A stretch of DNA of 64,000 bases from a virus: IMG/VR virus record IMGVR_UViG_3300045988_011398. The stretch is one strand, 5' to 3'. A model generated the notes under the pieces. It was not told the origin of the DNA, did no database searches, and saw only the letters and a program-made list of their open reading frames with translations. A program made the position numbers and the translations under genes. Below are positions 11,151 through 22,277 of this stretch, in pieces. Every line of letters begins with the position of its first letter. Position 1 is the stretch's first letter.

Positions 11151-14100
11151 TTAAAGAGCTATACATTTAACTGCTTGGTCTCTCTCTTGTTGTGAGACTG
11201 CATCAAACTTCTCTTGTGTCCATCCCTTATTCAATAGGGATTCTTGTATCTCAGCATCTAATGACTCAAATGATGTAGTATCTTGCTTTTTTGATTCTCT
11301 CATTTGACTTAGTGAAGGTACTTTATAATTACTTGATGAGTACTTTCCTTCATTGATATTTCTGTAATAATCAATCAAGTGGGGTCTCATGTTATTCCAA
11401 TTAGTAACCTTAGCAAATAAGTCTTTGAAGAAATCAAGAATCTTTCTACCAATACCTCTATTCCCTCTGGTCATTACATACTCTCTGAATCCTTCTGCCA
11501 TATCCTCTTCAAGAGAGGCATCATCTTTATTACCATACATTTCCTTAGCCTCAGCCAATAATGCTTGTCTCTCATTATTGTCAAGAAGAAGTTGAAATAC
11601 TGCATGGAAGGCTTCATGGTAAGTAGTACCCTCAGCAGCTATATCAGATAAAGTAATTATGCCATTATTGAATTGTCCCCAAGCCAATGCTCCTTGATTT
11701 CCAACTCTAATAAGACCCTTTATTACTCTTACCCTATCATTATCAGATAATTGAGGAAGGACTTTCTTTATCCAAGCAAGTTCCTTTTCTTGATTCCAAG
11801 TACCTCTTGTCTCATCATCTACCCTTCTCAAACTACCCAAATCCAAGTCATCCTCAAATTCATCATCATTCTCATTTACTGCTTGTTCTGCTTGTGCAGC
11901 CTTAGCTGCCCCAGACTCAGTAGGAGTAGATAATATAGTGGCAGGAGTCTCAGTTTTAGGTGCTTCTACTACAGGAGCAGATGAAGGGTCAAATATGAGA
12001 GTCTTCTCATTTGACATATCTACCACTCTTTGAGGATTACCATTAAGCATCTTCTTGATAGTATCCTTAGCCTGCTGCTCAGTCATGGTCATTGGGTCAT
12101 TCTTGATAAGAGTAATTGAATTACCATTAGGGAATACTGCCATGTATGAATTACTTGCAACATGGGCTTCTTCACCTTGTCTACCAAATCCCTTAGTTAT
12201 AGTAGGTATCTTAGCCATATACACCTCAACACCATTCACTTTACCAATAGGAGTTAGATAACTCTTGTGTAATTTACCATCTCTTACAAAATAACCTACC
12301 TTACTATCTTCAAGACTATATTCAGGAAGCACATCATTAACAGGGTCTTGTGTTTCAAGAGCACTATTAAAGACTGGTACTGTTGAGTTAGTAGGAGTAG
12401 GTTCACTTGCCTTTACAGCACCTACTAATGGTACATTAACAGCAGGATTATAGGTTATCATTATACCCTTCTCCTTTGTTACTCCATCAACAACATCCTT
12501 ATTATAGTTAAGAACAAATGGTAGAACAGCAAGTGTAGTGATAGGAGTATGATATTGAGACTCAAACAGATTCTTATATGCAGACAATTGTAGAGTATAG
12601 TAATCCTTAGCACTCATTCTTTGAGTAGCTGAAGGGCTGGTGAAGTAATTCACTCTATGACCATATCTGTCTGTGAAATCATAGAAGCTATATCTGCTTG
12701 TCTTTACATCATATATCCTGAAGTTTCCATCTGCATCTACTGAAAGAATATCAACCTCACCTGCAACTCTTGTCCCATCAGCATACTTCTGGAATAGTAC
12801 AATGTTATTGGTTAGGAATCTTTCACCTCTTGCCTCAATGTTAGACCTGATTTCTGTAAGTGAGGCAATCAAATCTGTGAAAGCTTTCTCACTCATATTA
12901 TCAGGCTTTACAGGAGTATCATTTGATGTAAAGAAGTTTCTAATCACACTATCCACAGCAGTACCAGCATTTAAGGCTCTTTGTGAGTTAGTGCCAGACA
13001 TACTGTCTCTTATGATGTTTACAATAGTATCTCTACTTCTTGCATCAATCTTACCACTGAATGCACTTAAATCAACCTTCCAATGATTACCTAAGTACTT
13101 CAAGTAGTTATTGTACTGAGTAACATTATCTGCCAATTGAGACAATCTTACTCTTATATCTTTAAGAGCATCAGTTTGCTTCTTTGATTCAATCCAATTA
13201 CTTCCTAATCTGCTGTGTACTCTTTCATACTTATGGTACTGACCATCTTCCTCAAGTATATAATAGAACTCACCATCAGTTCTTGTCTTATCTACTTTCT
13301 TCTGATTCTCAGCTATCTGAGCTATGACTTTCTTACTGTCTCCTACAGTTCTTTCTCTACCAGCAATCTTATCCTTAACCTCTTGAGCTTCTTTACCTGT
13401 CAAGTATTTCTGAGTTCCTCTATCCAATACCTGACCACTTGGTAACAGGATTTTATTATTCCATATCAAAGAACCATTAGTAGCATCACCAAAGTTAGCA
13501 CTTGCCCAAGCTAAATCACTGATTAACTGAGCATTCTTAGGATATACCCTTTGATTGTTACTACCATATATAACACCAGTAGTCAAATCTACTCCATAAG
13601 TAGCACCATCAACAACTACCTTAGTACCTGTAATAACACCCTCAGTCCCACCTACAGGAGTTTCTATCTTCCTTGTAGTATCTGGAGTTACAGATGCAGG
13701 GTTTATAGCCTGATGTAAATTACCTTCCACATCAAAGTAGTCAGTAGTAAACCAGCTACTTATCACTCTTGCATCAGAGATATTTGATGTAAGTACATTA
13801 GAATTGATAAGTACATTGTTATATCCACCTCTATTCAACATACCAAGATTCACCTGAATAGGTAGATTGAAGTCAAGAAGGATTTCACTTATCTCCTTTG
13901 ATACATCCTCAATACTCTTTGAGGCAGGCTCTGTTTGTACCTCTTCATTTCCTGTAATAGAGAATAGAGTGTTTTGGTCCCACTTCTCAGTTAAGAATAC
14001 TGTCTTTACAGTCTCCTTTCTTATTCTCTTGCCATCTTTCTCCTCATATATCTCATTACCTTGAGCATCTCTTTGCACCTTAGTAAATCTAATACCATTA

Positions 14101-17100
14101 CCTGAGTCAGATGTAAACCAGTCAATGTGCAAATCTCCAGTATAAAGATTGGTTGCAAGAGACTTGACTGCATTATTCAAATCATCCTCACTCAATGAAT
14201 TAGCAAGTGCATCAATGGACTCTTGTATATTCTTATATACCTGAGTACTTTGTACTTCAACATCCTCAGGATTAAACTCAGTTTTGTTGAAGTGCTTTAC
14301 TCTTACAGCAGCAGGTGAATACTTACCAGCAGCATTAGGTATAAGAAGATACATTCTACCCTCCTTTTGAGCCATATCTACTGGCTTGATAATAAGACTA
14401 TCATCCAATCTACCATTAGTAGCCAATGTACCATTCTTGATTATACCAAAGATAGGTGCTCTGCCCTCTCCTGATACATTAGGTATATTAGCCAAGCTTC
14501 TTTCCTCTGTGCTATAAGGTATTCTACCTACCATTACTTGTGACACTCTTGTAGTAGGAGTAGCAATAAATCTCTTACTCTTATCACTTCTCTGTGCAAA
14601 CTCAGCTTTTATCTTCTCTTCAAGACCAGCCAGACCCTCATATCTATCTACTGAATAGTCAGATTCATCAAGGCTACCTACAATCTGGTTATTTCTTCTA
14701 TCTACAATAAAGATTGTATGGTCATTGAACTCAGGGTCAATCATAAATCCAAGCTCATCACCTGCCTTCAGATTACCTTCATTCACATAAGTAAATGCAC
14801 CATTATCTCTTAGATAGTTATATAACTCATCAAAGTTTACACCTTTCTCTCTTTCAGCAGCTACTACATTGAATGGTCTAAAATCTCCTTCCTTACTTGC
14901 CTGAATATGCAACTCAGGTATTGAAGGTCTGTAGTAGGGTCTTCTACTCTTTTGCTTGCTGTCAAGTGATTGTGGGGTTTCAACTCTATTATTAGTTTCC
15001 TTATTCTCATCCTTTACTTGAGTTGCAGTTACATTACCTACAGGAGGTTCATAAGTAACCACAGGAAGACCCTCAGTGCTAACTGGAGGAATAGTAGAAG
15101 TACCACTATCACCTGTAGTATCTTTTGTAGGAGCCTTGGGATTTGGCTTGCCCTTTTCTCTTAGTGTCCTATAATCTTGTGAGAATCTATCCTTAAATCT
15201 ATTCTCATTGTTGATTTGATTCATTGCTCTAAGAAGTGCATACTGAGCTTCTTGGAATTTAACAGCATTCTCCTCTGGTGTTAAATTATCATCATACAGA
15301 GCATCTGCATTATCAACATATATAGAGTTAGGATTTGCTATCTCATTTAGATTAGAGGAGTTCTCAAATTGGTCTTGAAGTAGTTTAAGAGCATCTGCCT
15401 TGACAGCAGGACTTTCATCAAGAGAATTAATTGCTCTTTGCACATCTGTGTTGTAGGCATTTACTTCCCTATAATTCTTAGCCATCTCATTACCTTCATC
15501 TTCAAGAGATTTAAGTGTCTCTTCTCTTGTAGCAGCATCCTCTTCCTCATTAAGAGCCTGTCTGAACTCAGATAAGTTAGTGGCTGAGAGTAGTCTGCTC
15601 TTCAGATTATCAGACTTTTTCTTAGCTTCTTCCTTAGCAATGTTCTCAGTAGATGAGACTATATCTTCTTGGAGCTTAGCAGGATTCTCAAGATATTCCT
15701 TTAGCTTAGTATTATATTTACCAGTAGCATCTACTAATTTCACAATATCATCAATCTTCTCATTGAATGCTTGTGCATCATCAGCAGTTACTCCACTAAG
15801 AGGACTCTCTATTACTGACTTGATTCCCTCTACTAACTTGGGGTCACTTGACAAGAGATAAGCAAAAGTCTTATCATCAAGACCTCTTACAGTCTCAAGA
15901 ATAGACATATTCTTCCTTATCTGTCTCTCATTCTTATCAGCAGAATTATACAAATCAGACAATCCTGCATGAGCCTTACCTTCCTCAGTCTTGATTGAAT
16001 TGTACATATCAGCAAGCTGAGACATACTTCCAAGCACTGTACCAATAGTAGGCTTTACTTCACTTGAAAGTTGATTAGCCCTATCTTGCCAATTACCAAT
16101 TTGAGACTTCAACCAAGTCAATTCCTCAAGTTGCTCATCACTTAATTGCTGACCAGTTCTTACATCAATATCATCCTTAATCTTAGTATAGTTAGTGATA
16201 GTATTAAGCATTTCATCTCTTGTCTGAGTCAGCTTATCTATCATTTCCTGCTTTCCCTCAGGAGTACTGTACATAGGATTACCATTCTTATCAATGAATG
16301 GACCAACCTTAGCTTCCTTACCATTTTCATCAGTTATAGTAGAAGTAGTATTTTCTACTATTGATGCAAGGTTCTCATCAGAAGTGTCATAGGCAGAATT
16401 AATGAGAGTAGTTAAATCTTCAAGTTTACCTGCATTATCAAACATTGCAATGTCAGAAATCAACTGAGCATGTTCAGCATTCTTGAACTCAAACTCATCA
16501 TTGTTTTCTACAGCTTGGTTCATATCATTCTGATACTTATTATGTCTGATAAGACCTTGATAGTAATTTATGAACTCAGGAGATTGAACCCTCTCATTCA
16601 TATAATTAGCTATCTCATTCTCTCTATTCATCTTGTCTCTATACTCTCTGAACTCACCAATAGTTCCACCTTCAAGAGTAACAGGAGATTGTAATCTACC
16701 TTCACTACTTCTTATCCCTCTGAACCTTGGCATACCAAGAGCACCAGTAAGAGTACCAATAAAGAACTCCTCCCATGATGAACCATCATTCACTGTCTCA
16801 TTAATACCTTGAGCAAAGGATTTCATCCAACTCAGTGTCTCCTGCTCAGCCTGTGAGTCTATCTTGGCTTTGTAGAAGTTATTTACATCATCCTCATAGT
16901 AATTACCAAATATTCTACTTGCTGCACCTTGTGAAATTTCCTCAAGACCCTCAGAAAGAGGACTCAAAGTAGCTCTTGCAATTCCCTTACCTGTAGTTCT
17001 TCCTGTAGTATATTCTCCTGCCTTACCAACTATGTTGGTTGCTTTTCTTGCAGTCTTGAAGCCATTGGCATACATTCTACCAAACTGAATAAGGTTAGAT

Positions 17101-18065
17101 GCAGTAAGAATAGGTATATTCATAAGCAGGTCTGCATTACCCATCTTTAGTCTGTCTTCAGTTAATTTACCAAGAGTAGCTTCATAATTGGCATTCTCTT
17201 GTGCAATCATTCTATTGTGCATCTCAGGGCCCAAGTACATACCATCAATAGCTTGAAGTCTTGCAGTATGCTGGTCATCAAGTTGAGTCTTATGTAGATT
17301 AAACCAGTCTGTAGAATTGTTCAATGCCTCTATTCTACCTTCATTCACAGCAGAGACAGTAGCACCTACACTTGATGTTACAATAGCAGGTGCTCTGGAA
17401 GACTTAGCTATAGCACCTATAATCTGAGGCAACTTTGTAGCTTTTAGCCCTGCACCTACAACACCACCACCATAGAATGCACCAACAGTGAAACCTAAGT
17501 TCTTTATGAACTTGTCCCCTAAGAAATTGGCAGTGAATATGTTTTCATACCAAGGTTCATTTCTCTCAGCATCAGTATAATAGTTAGGAAGTGCTTCCTC
17601 AGACCACTCATTAATAGATTGCATTGCTTTGCTAAATGGGTTATCCCATAGGGCAGAACCTCTACCCTCTGCAATAGCTTGTGCTCCACCAAGTACCAAC
17701 CCTAATGTACCATCAAGGAATGTAGTACCTGCAAGAATTACACCCTTAGCCAAACCTGCACCAATCTGTGCATACCAAGGCTGTAATTCTCTTCTTGTAT
17801 TAGCCAAGTTATCAAGTTGTGTAGCTGAGGTAATATCTTCATCAAACATACTGTCATTGACCCCAACAAAGCCTATATCCTGTCTTGGAGTTGCAGTTCT
17901 GTTGATTTCCTGCATTGTACCTCTATAGTCTCTGGCAAGACCAAGAATAGAGGTATCAATATTGATACCCCTTTCTCTTAGTCTATTAATACCATCCAGA
18001 CCTCTCAAACCTCCAGTCCCTTGTGTAGAAGGGTCTTGTATTTGTTGATTATCTGCTGCTGCCAT
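11151..18065 (-). CDS. giant multidomain virion-module protein with RecB-family PD-(D/E)xK nuclease signature and C-terminal HExxH zincin domain
   Basis: 2304 aa with an ATG start. GEVDIL-x12-IYDVKTS-x37-QLSAY (nt 12576-12761) matches GxhD / (D/E)xK / QxxxY. YHEAFHAV (HEAFH = nt 11604-11618) is followed by EEDMAEGFREY. It is the last gene of the minus-strand late block. Confidence 0.65.
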   Translation of the reverse strand: MAAADNQQIQDPSTQGTGGLRGLDGINRLRERGINIDTSILGLARDYRGTMQEINRTATPRQDIGFVGVNDSMFDEDITSATQLDNLANTRRELQPWYAQIGAGLAKGVILAGTTFLDGTLGLVLGGAQAIAEGRGSALWDNPFSKAMQSINEWSEEALPNYYTDAERNEPWYENIFTANFLGDKFIKNLGFTVGAFYGGGVVGAGLKATKLPQIIGAIAKSSRAPAIVTSSVGATVSAVNEGRIEALNNSTDWFNLHKTQLDDQHTARLQAIDGMYLGPEMHNRMIAQENANYEATLGKLTEDRLKMGNADLLMNIPILTASNLIQFGRMYANGFKTARKATNIVGKAGEYTTGRTTGKGIARATLSPLSEGLEEISQGAASRIFGNYYEDDVNNFYKAKIDSQAEQETLSWMKSFAQGINETVNDGSSWEEFFIGTLTGALGMPRFRGIRSSEGRLQSPVTLEGGTIGEFREYRDKMNRENEIANYMNERVQSPEFINYYQGLIRHNKYQNDMNQAVENNDEFEFKNAEHAQLISDIAMFDNAGKLEDLTTLINSAYDTSDENLASIVENTTSTITDENGKEAKVGPFIDKNGNPMYSTPEGKQEMIDKLTQTRDEMLNTITNYTKIKDDIDVRTGQQLSDEQLEELTWLKSQIGNWQDRANQLSSEVKPTIGTVLGSMSQLADMYNSIKTEEGKAHAGLSDLYNSADKNERQIRKNMSILETVRGLDDKTFAYLLSSDPKLVEGIKSVIESPLSGVTADDAQAFNEKIDDIVKLVDATGKYNTKLKEYLENPAKLQEDIVSSTENIAKEEAKKKSDNLKSRLLSATNLSEFRQALNEEEDAATREETLKSLEDEGNEMAKNYREVNAYNTDVQRAINSLDESPAVKADALKLLQDQFENSSNLNEIANPNSIYVDNADALYDDNLTPEENAVKFQEAQYALLRAMNQINNENRFKDRFSQDYRTLREKGKPNPKAPTKDTTGDSGTSTIPPVSTEGLPVVTYEPPVGNVTATQVKDENKETNNRVETPQSLDSKQKSRRPYYRPSIPELHIQASKEGDFRPFNVVAAEREKGVNFDELYNYLRDNGAFTYVNEGNLKAGDELGFMIDPEFNDHTIFIVDRRNNQIVGSLDESDYSVDRYEGLAGLEEKIKAEFAQRSDKSKRFIATPTTRVSQVMVGRIPYSTEERSLANIPNVSGEGRAPIFGIIKNGTLATNGRLDDSLIIKPVDMAQKEGRMYLLIPNAAGKYSPAAVRVKHFNKTEFNPEDVEVQSTQVYKNIQESIDALANSLSEDDLNNAVKSLATNLYTGDLHIDWFTSDSGNGIRFTKVQRDAQGNEIYEEKDGKRIRKETVKTVFLTEKWDQNTLFSITGNEEVQTEPASKSIEDVSKEISEILLDFNLPIQVNLGMLNRGGYNNVLINSNVLTSNISDARVISSWFTTDYFDVEGNLHQAINPASVTPDTTRKIETPVGGTEGVITGTKVVVDGATYGVDLTTGVIYGSNNQRVYPKNAQLISDLAWASANFGDATNGSLIWNNKILLPSGQVLDRGTQKYLTGKEAQEVKDKIAGRERTVGDSKKVIAQIAENQKKVDKTRTDGEFYYILEEDGQYHKYERVHSRLGSNWIESKKQTDALKDIRVRLSQLADNVTQYNNYLKYLGNHWKVDLSAFSGKIDARSRDTIVNIIRDSMSGTNSQRALNAGTAVDSVIRNFFTSNDTPVKPDNMSEKAFTDLIASLTEIRSNIEARGERFLTNNIVLFQKYADGTRVAGEVDILSVDADGNFRIYDVKTSRYSFYDFTDRYGHRVNYFTSPSATQRMSAKDYYTLQLSAYKNLFESQYHTPITTLAVLPFVLNYNKDVVDGVTKEKGIMITYNPAVNVPLVGAVKASEPTPTNSTVPVFNSALETQDPVNDVLPEYSLEDSKVGYFVRDGKLHKSYLTPIGKVNGVEVYMAKIPTITKGFGRQGEEAHVASNSYMAVFPNGNSITLIKNDPMTMTEQQAKDTIKKMLNGNPQRVVDMSNEKTLIFDPSSAPVVEAPKTETPATILSTPTESGAAKAAQAEQAVNENDDEFEDDLDLGSLRRVDDETRGTWNQEKELAWIKKVLPQLSDNDRVRVIKGLIRVGNQGALAWGQFNNGIITLSDIAAEGTTYHEAFHAVFQLLLDNNERQALLAEAKEMYGNKDDASLEEDMAEGFREYVMTRGNRGIGRKILDFFKDLFAKVTNWNNMRPHLIDYYRNINEGKYSSSNYKVPSLSQMRESKKQDTTSFESLDAEIQESLLNKGWTQEKFDAVSQQERDQAVKCIAL

Positions 18066-18067
18066 AT

Positions 18068-19753
18068 TTATTCCTCTTTACTAAATGTATTACTTTGTCT
18101 CTTCTCAAGAGTATTGTACCTCTTATAGAATGCTTCCATAGTAGCATCAATAAGTGTGGTAGCCAACTCATCTTCTCCATTTTCCAAAGCTACTTTAATA
18201 GCCTGCTGTGCTCTACTGAATGTTCTGTTCTGGTCATCAAGCAATTCAGTATCAAGTATTGCTGACCTTGTTTTACCTTTACTATCAGTAGAATTGATAA
18301 TGAATCCCAAATCAGGGTCAAAATCTATATCAGCATCTGATGTGAAGTAATTATTCAAATCTTCAATATCTACCTCATCACCCTTCTTATTATCATCAAG
18401 TTCCCATAGACCAGTGCTATTAGACCTTCTATAATATGACCTTGTATTCTCTTTCAATACCTGAGTTATCAAGTCACTCTGAGTGATATTAGGCTTATAA
18501 GAAAAAGCTCTTACTGCACTACTTCTAATATCATTTTCAAGTTTTTGGGCAAGCTCTCCAAGATTACCTCCTGTCAATACACCGTCTGTTAGGGTATAAC
18601 TTACATTTCCATATCTTTTTGATAACTCAGTTAATTTTTCTCTGTAAGGATAGTATGTTTCCTGCCTTGTAGGTCCTGTGCCAGTGTCTATCCAGAAATT
18701 AGTCATTGGGTCAGGATTTATCAAGTGAGGCTCTCTTACTGTCCTTGTAGATGCTTGGTCAAGTAAAGCTGGATTAGCCAGTACCTCTCTTAATACTTGC
18801 AGGTCAGTATTCATTTGAGTAGTCTTCTTGTCACCATCTACAGTAGTTTTAGGAACAGCTCTATAATAGAGTCTTGCTTTCTCTTCTGCCTCTTTTGCAG
18901 CTCTGGCTCTTGCCTCTTTATTTCTTGCAAGTTGGTCTTGCATTGCATAGTCATAAGCCTTATTAGACTGTATCTGATATTGAGTCTCTCCTACTGCATT
19001 CCATAGTCCTTGTCTTGCATATTCATAAGCTCTATTAAGAGTGGCTTGGTCTCCCCAGCTTGATATATTTGAGCTACCTACTGCATCCTCAACAATACCT
19101 TTTAATACTGAAGAAGCATTAGGGTCATTCTGCAATACCTGAATAATCTCTTCAGGTCTATATCCCTTCTGCATGATAGTTTCAAAGTACTGATTACCAA
19201 GAATAGTTCTCCACTTTCTTGGATTATCTCTCATTTCCTTAGCCAAGTTCTGAGCAGCAGTCCCTACTTGTTTTGCAAGAGTGGCACCTGAATATGATTG
19301 ATATGTAAGTTGAGGATTCTTAATCAAATCATCAAGACTGAGCATAGAGGCATTCCTATCAAACATAAGTGTGTTATCCTGTGCCAACAACTTTCTTTGC
19401 TCATCAATCAATTCCTGTCTTCTCTTATATGCCTGTTCTATAGGGACTATATCACTTGAGTATCTTTGCTTCATTCTCAGCATATTCTGTCTACTTGCAG
19501 GAGTAAGACCCTCTCTTGCTAATTGACCAGCCTGTTCCTCAAGGTCATTTGAATATGTCTTGTACATCTTGTAAGCATAAGGGTCAGTCTGCTCATTAGC
19601 CATTTCATCCCATACATTAGCCTTAGTTGCCAACTCAGCATATTCATTCTCAACTTCCTGATGTGCCAATGTTGCCATTTGTACTGGCTGAAGCATCTCT
19701 GCATAAGAGAAAGGTTTGAATTTACTATTTACTACAATATAATTTGCTGCCAT
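18068..19753 (-). CDS. uncharacterised structural-module protein (561 aa)
   Basis: ATG start, tightly packed between neighbouring late genes (2-nt gaps). No motif recognised. Confidence 0.55.
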   Translation of the reverse strand: MAANYIVVNSKFKPFSYAEMLQPVQMATLAHQEVENEYAELATKANVWDEMANEQTDPYAYKMYKTYSNDLEEQAGQLAREGLTPASRQNMLRMKQRYSSDIVPIEQAYKRRQELIDEQRKLLAQDNTLMFDRNASMLSLDDLIKNPQLTYQSYSGATLAKQVGTAAQNLAKEMRDNPRKWRTILGNQYFETIMQKGYRPEEIIQVLQNDPNASSVLKGIVEDAVGSSNISSWGDQATLNRAYEYARQGLWNAVGETQYQIQSNKAYDYAMQDQLARNKEARARAAKEAEEKARLYYRAVPKTTVDGDKKTTQMNTDLQVLREVLANPALLDQASTRTVREPHLINPDPMTNFWIDTGTGPTRQETYYPYREKLTELSKRYGNVSYTLTDGVLTGGNLGELAQKLENDIRSSAVRAFSYKPNITQSDLITQVLKENTRSYYRRSNSTGLWELDDNKKGDEVDIEDLNNYFTSDADIDFDPDLGFIINSTDSKGKTRSAILDTELLDDQNRTFSRAQQAIKVALENGEDELATTLIDATMEAFYKRYNTLEKRQSNTFSKEE

Positions 19754-19754
19754 A

Positions 19755-22259
19755 TTACTTACCTTTTCTTATAGTTAAATAACCTCCCTTAGCTTTCTTC
19801 TTTCCCTTAGCTTTATTAGCAGCATCTCTTACTACCTTCTTCTCAGCCTCACTCAAATCCTCATAACCATTCTTATAAGTTATTCTACCACTACTGTCAA
19901 TAGAATAGTAGAGTGCAGGATTTGTTTGAATCATATTTCTGCTGAACTCTTCTCTACCTATCTCACCAAGTGAGTCAAACAGATTAGTAAGATTAGCTGC
20001 TCTACCAGCAGAAGACCTTGCATCAGCTTGGTCTCTTAATTGAGCCTGTGTGGTTCTTGCCTGCAATCTCAATTTATCATTTGCCTGATTAGCTATGCTT
20101 GCTTTAAGACCCATTTCAGAATTGAACTGATTAGTTCCTCTATTGAATGTCTCAACCTCTTTTCTTTGATTGAAGTTGTATTCCTCAGCCTGTCTTGCAA
20201 GGTCTCCTAATACATTCTGAGCATTATAGTCTGCTGCCAATAAACCTGCTAATGCAGTAGCTCTGTTACCACCTGATTGATTTACTATTGCTCTTCTTGT
20301 TGCACCTGCTTGTGCATTTAGCTTGTTTATATAATAGTTTCTATCTAATGGTCTGTAAGTTAAATAATTACCAATAGGAGTAAATTCTACATTGGTTAAA
20401 TTGTCCACTGCACTACCTACCAAGTCAGCATTACCATAGTCAGGACTATTAGTCCATTCCAGTGCATCAGTCAATACACCAAGACCTGCTCCTACTGCTG
20501 GGGCATATCTCAACCATGTAAGTCCCCTACCTTGTCTTGAAGAGTTAGTATTTGGGTCTTCTGTGTCAGTATCACTTCCTGCATCACCTGTAATGGCAGA
20601 TGGATTGAATTGAATAGGCTTAATATTTTCATCCATCCATCTCTCAGCAGGAGTTCTTGTATCAACCAAAGAAGGAACTTCAAGATTGAAACTTGCTGTT
20701 CTTTCTTCAGGGGTCATCATACTGTAAGGCTTTTGGAAAGCAGGAAGTTCATAAGTAGGAACAACCCCTTGTCTCTGTAATGTTCTTAACCATCTTTCTT
20801 GTGGAGTATAGAACTGAAGAAGATTAGGTTCATCACCCTCACCATCATACTTTCTGCCTATCTTACCACCATGTGCATACTTATTACCTCCTCTGTTCTC
20901 TTCCATTCTCACTTGTTCCTGAGCTTGTTGCAATCTTGTCATTGCACTCATCAATCCTCTTTTACTGATAGGGTCATTAGGTCTTTCAGAAGATTCTTTA
21001 CTTAACCTCTCTGCTATATCAGCAAATGAGTGGTCTGCATAAGTGGTAGGAAGATTATGTGCTGCAAGTAATCCACCTGTAGCAAATAGTCTATTGCTGA
21101 ATACATAGTTATTGAACTTAACCTCACCTTGCTCAACAAGATTAGGAGTACCATCAGGAGCTACACCCATAGGTACACCTTCCATAGGATTCTCTTCATG
21201 AGTACCACCATTACCTATGATAGTAACCCCATTAGAAAAGTCTCCACCATGCTGACCTATATTAGGAACTGAGGTATATAGATTACCTCCTTCATCATAT
21301 AGATAACCACCAAAAGCATGATGCCACTTTCTTGCATTAGCAGCAAATGTGGCTCTCTTTCTTACAGCAGCACTCTTACTTCTCTTGCCTCTTGCAATAC
21401 ATTCAGATGTGACCTTTCCACCACAGTAGTCAGTGAACTTACCTCTATTAGCCTTCTTGATATGTATCTTACCTCCTTTAGCAAATACAGCAAGCTCTGG
21501 TGTCTCAAATGAGTTGGGCATTGAAGACATCTTATATTTACTCATAGCACTTAATTGTTTGTTATATAAGTCCTCTTTGGCAAGCTCATAATCAATAGCC
21601 CCACTGCCAAAGATATTTATAGGACCTCCATAAGCAGAGAAGTTAGCAAGCATATTAAGGTCATTTTGTGTATCAATATTTCCAGCCTTATCTTCCAATG
21701 CAACCATATTCTTTTCATTAGCTGCATTTATCTGCTTATTGAATTTCTTAGCTTTCTTCTTAGCTTTGCTATTACCACTAATCCAGCCTGCAATAGAACT
21801 ACCCAGACCAACCACACCACCCACAATAGCACCAATAGGTCCACCTACAGAAGCACCTGCTGCTGCACCTGAACCTGCTGCACCAATAGTATTGCCAATT
21901 CTCTGACCAGTGCTTCCTCCTCTAATATCCTTCCAAGATATATTCTCCATTGGGGAAAACATTCCCCATTCACTCATCAGGTCATCATTATTATTGGCTT
22001 GTACTGTGTATGTCTGTGCTTGCTTTATTTCTCCTTCAAGGTCAGAGGTGTCAGCTATTTGGGCATTTTGAATGCCAGCATTTACTATTGTGCCTACTGC
22101 TGAACCTATTCCTCCAATGGTACTTCCTAAATTCTGACCACTGAAAGCACTTTGAGCTGAGGACTTAGCCTGCTGACCCCAAGTCTGCTTAGTGTCTCCA
22201 CCATCTGCAAAGAGATTAAGAGTTCTATTAGACTTTCTTATAATCTTTTTCTTAGCCAT
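19755..22259 (-). CDS. glycine-rich structural/ejected protein candidate (834 aa)
   Basis: ATG start 19 nt downstream of a TTG-N20-TACCTTTG promoter. The N-terminal third has long small-residue tracts (GGIGSAVGTIVNAG, GAAGSGAAAGASVGGPIGAIVGGVVGLGSSIAG) followed by a basic KAKKKAKKF patch. Confidence 0.55.
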   Translation of the reverse strand: MAKKKIIRKSNRTLNLFADGGDTKQTWGQQAKSSAQSAFSGQNLGSTIGGIGSAVGTIVNAGIQNAQIADTSDLEGEIKQAQTYTVQANNNDDLMSEWGMFSPMENISWKDIRGGSTGQRIGNTIGAAGSGAAAGASVGGPIGAIVGGVVGLGSSIAGWISGNSKAKKKAKKFNKQINAANEKNMVALEDKAGNIDTQNDLNMLANFSAYGGPINIFGSGAIDYELAKEDLYNKQLSAMSKYKMSSMPNSFETPELAVFAKGGKIHIKKANRGKFTDYCGGKVTSECIARGKRSKSAAVRKRATFAANARKWHHAFGGYLYDEGGNLYTSVPNIGQHGGDFSNGVTIIGNGGTHEENPMEGVPMGVAPDGTPNLVEQGEVKFNNYVFSNRLFATGGLLAAHNLPTTYADHSFADIAERLSKESSERPNDPISKRGLMSAMTRLQQAQEQVRMEENRGGNKYAHGGKIGRKYDGEGDEPNLLQFYTPQERWLRTLQRQGVVPTYELPAFQKPYSMMTPEERTASFNLEVPSLVDTRTPAERWMDENIKPIQFNPSAITGDAGSDTDTEDPNTNSSRQGRGLTWLRYAPAVGAGLGVLTDALEWTNSPDYGNADLVGSAVDNLTNVEFTPIGNYLTYRPLDRNYYINKLNAQAGATRRAIVNQSGGNRATALAGLLAADYNAQNVLGDLARQAEEYNFNQRKEVETFNRGTNQFNSEMGLKASIANQANDKLRLQARTTQAQLRDQADARSSAGRAANLTNLFDSLGEIGREEFSRNMIQTNPALYYSIDSSGRITYKNGYEDLSEAEKKVVRDAANKAKGKKKAKGGYLTIRKGK

Positions 22260-22277
22260 ATCACATTAATTTGATTA

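Noticed and set aside
11389-17928. Plus-strand ORFs of 60-99 aa inside the 2304-aa minus-strand gene.
   Set aside because: Same reasoning: antisense shadows with low-complexity products.
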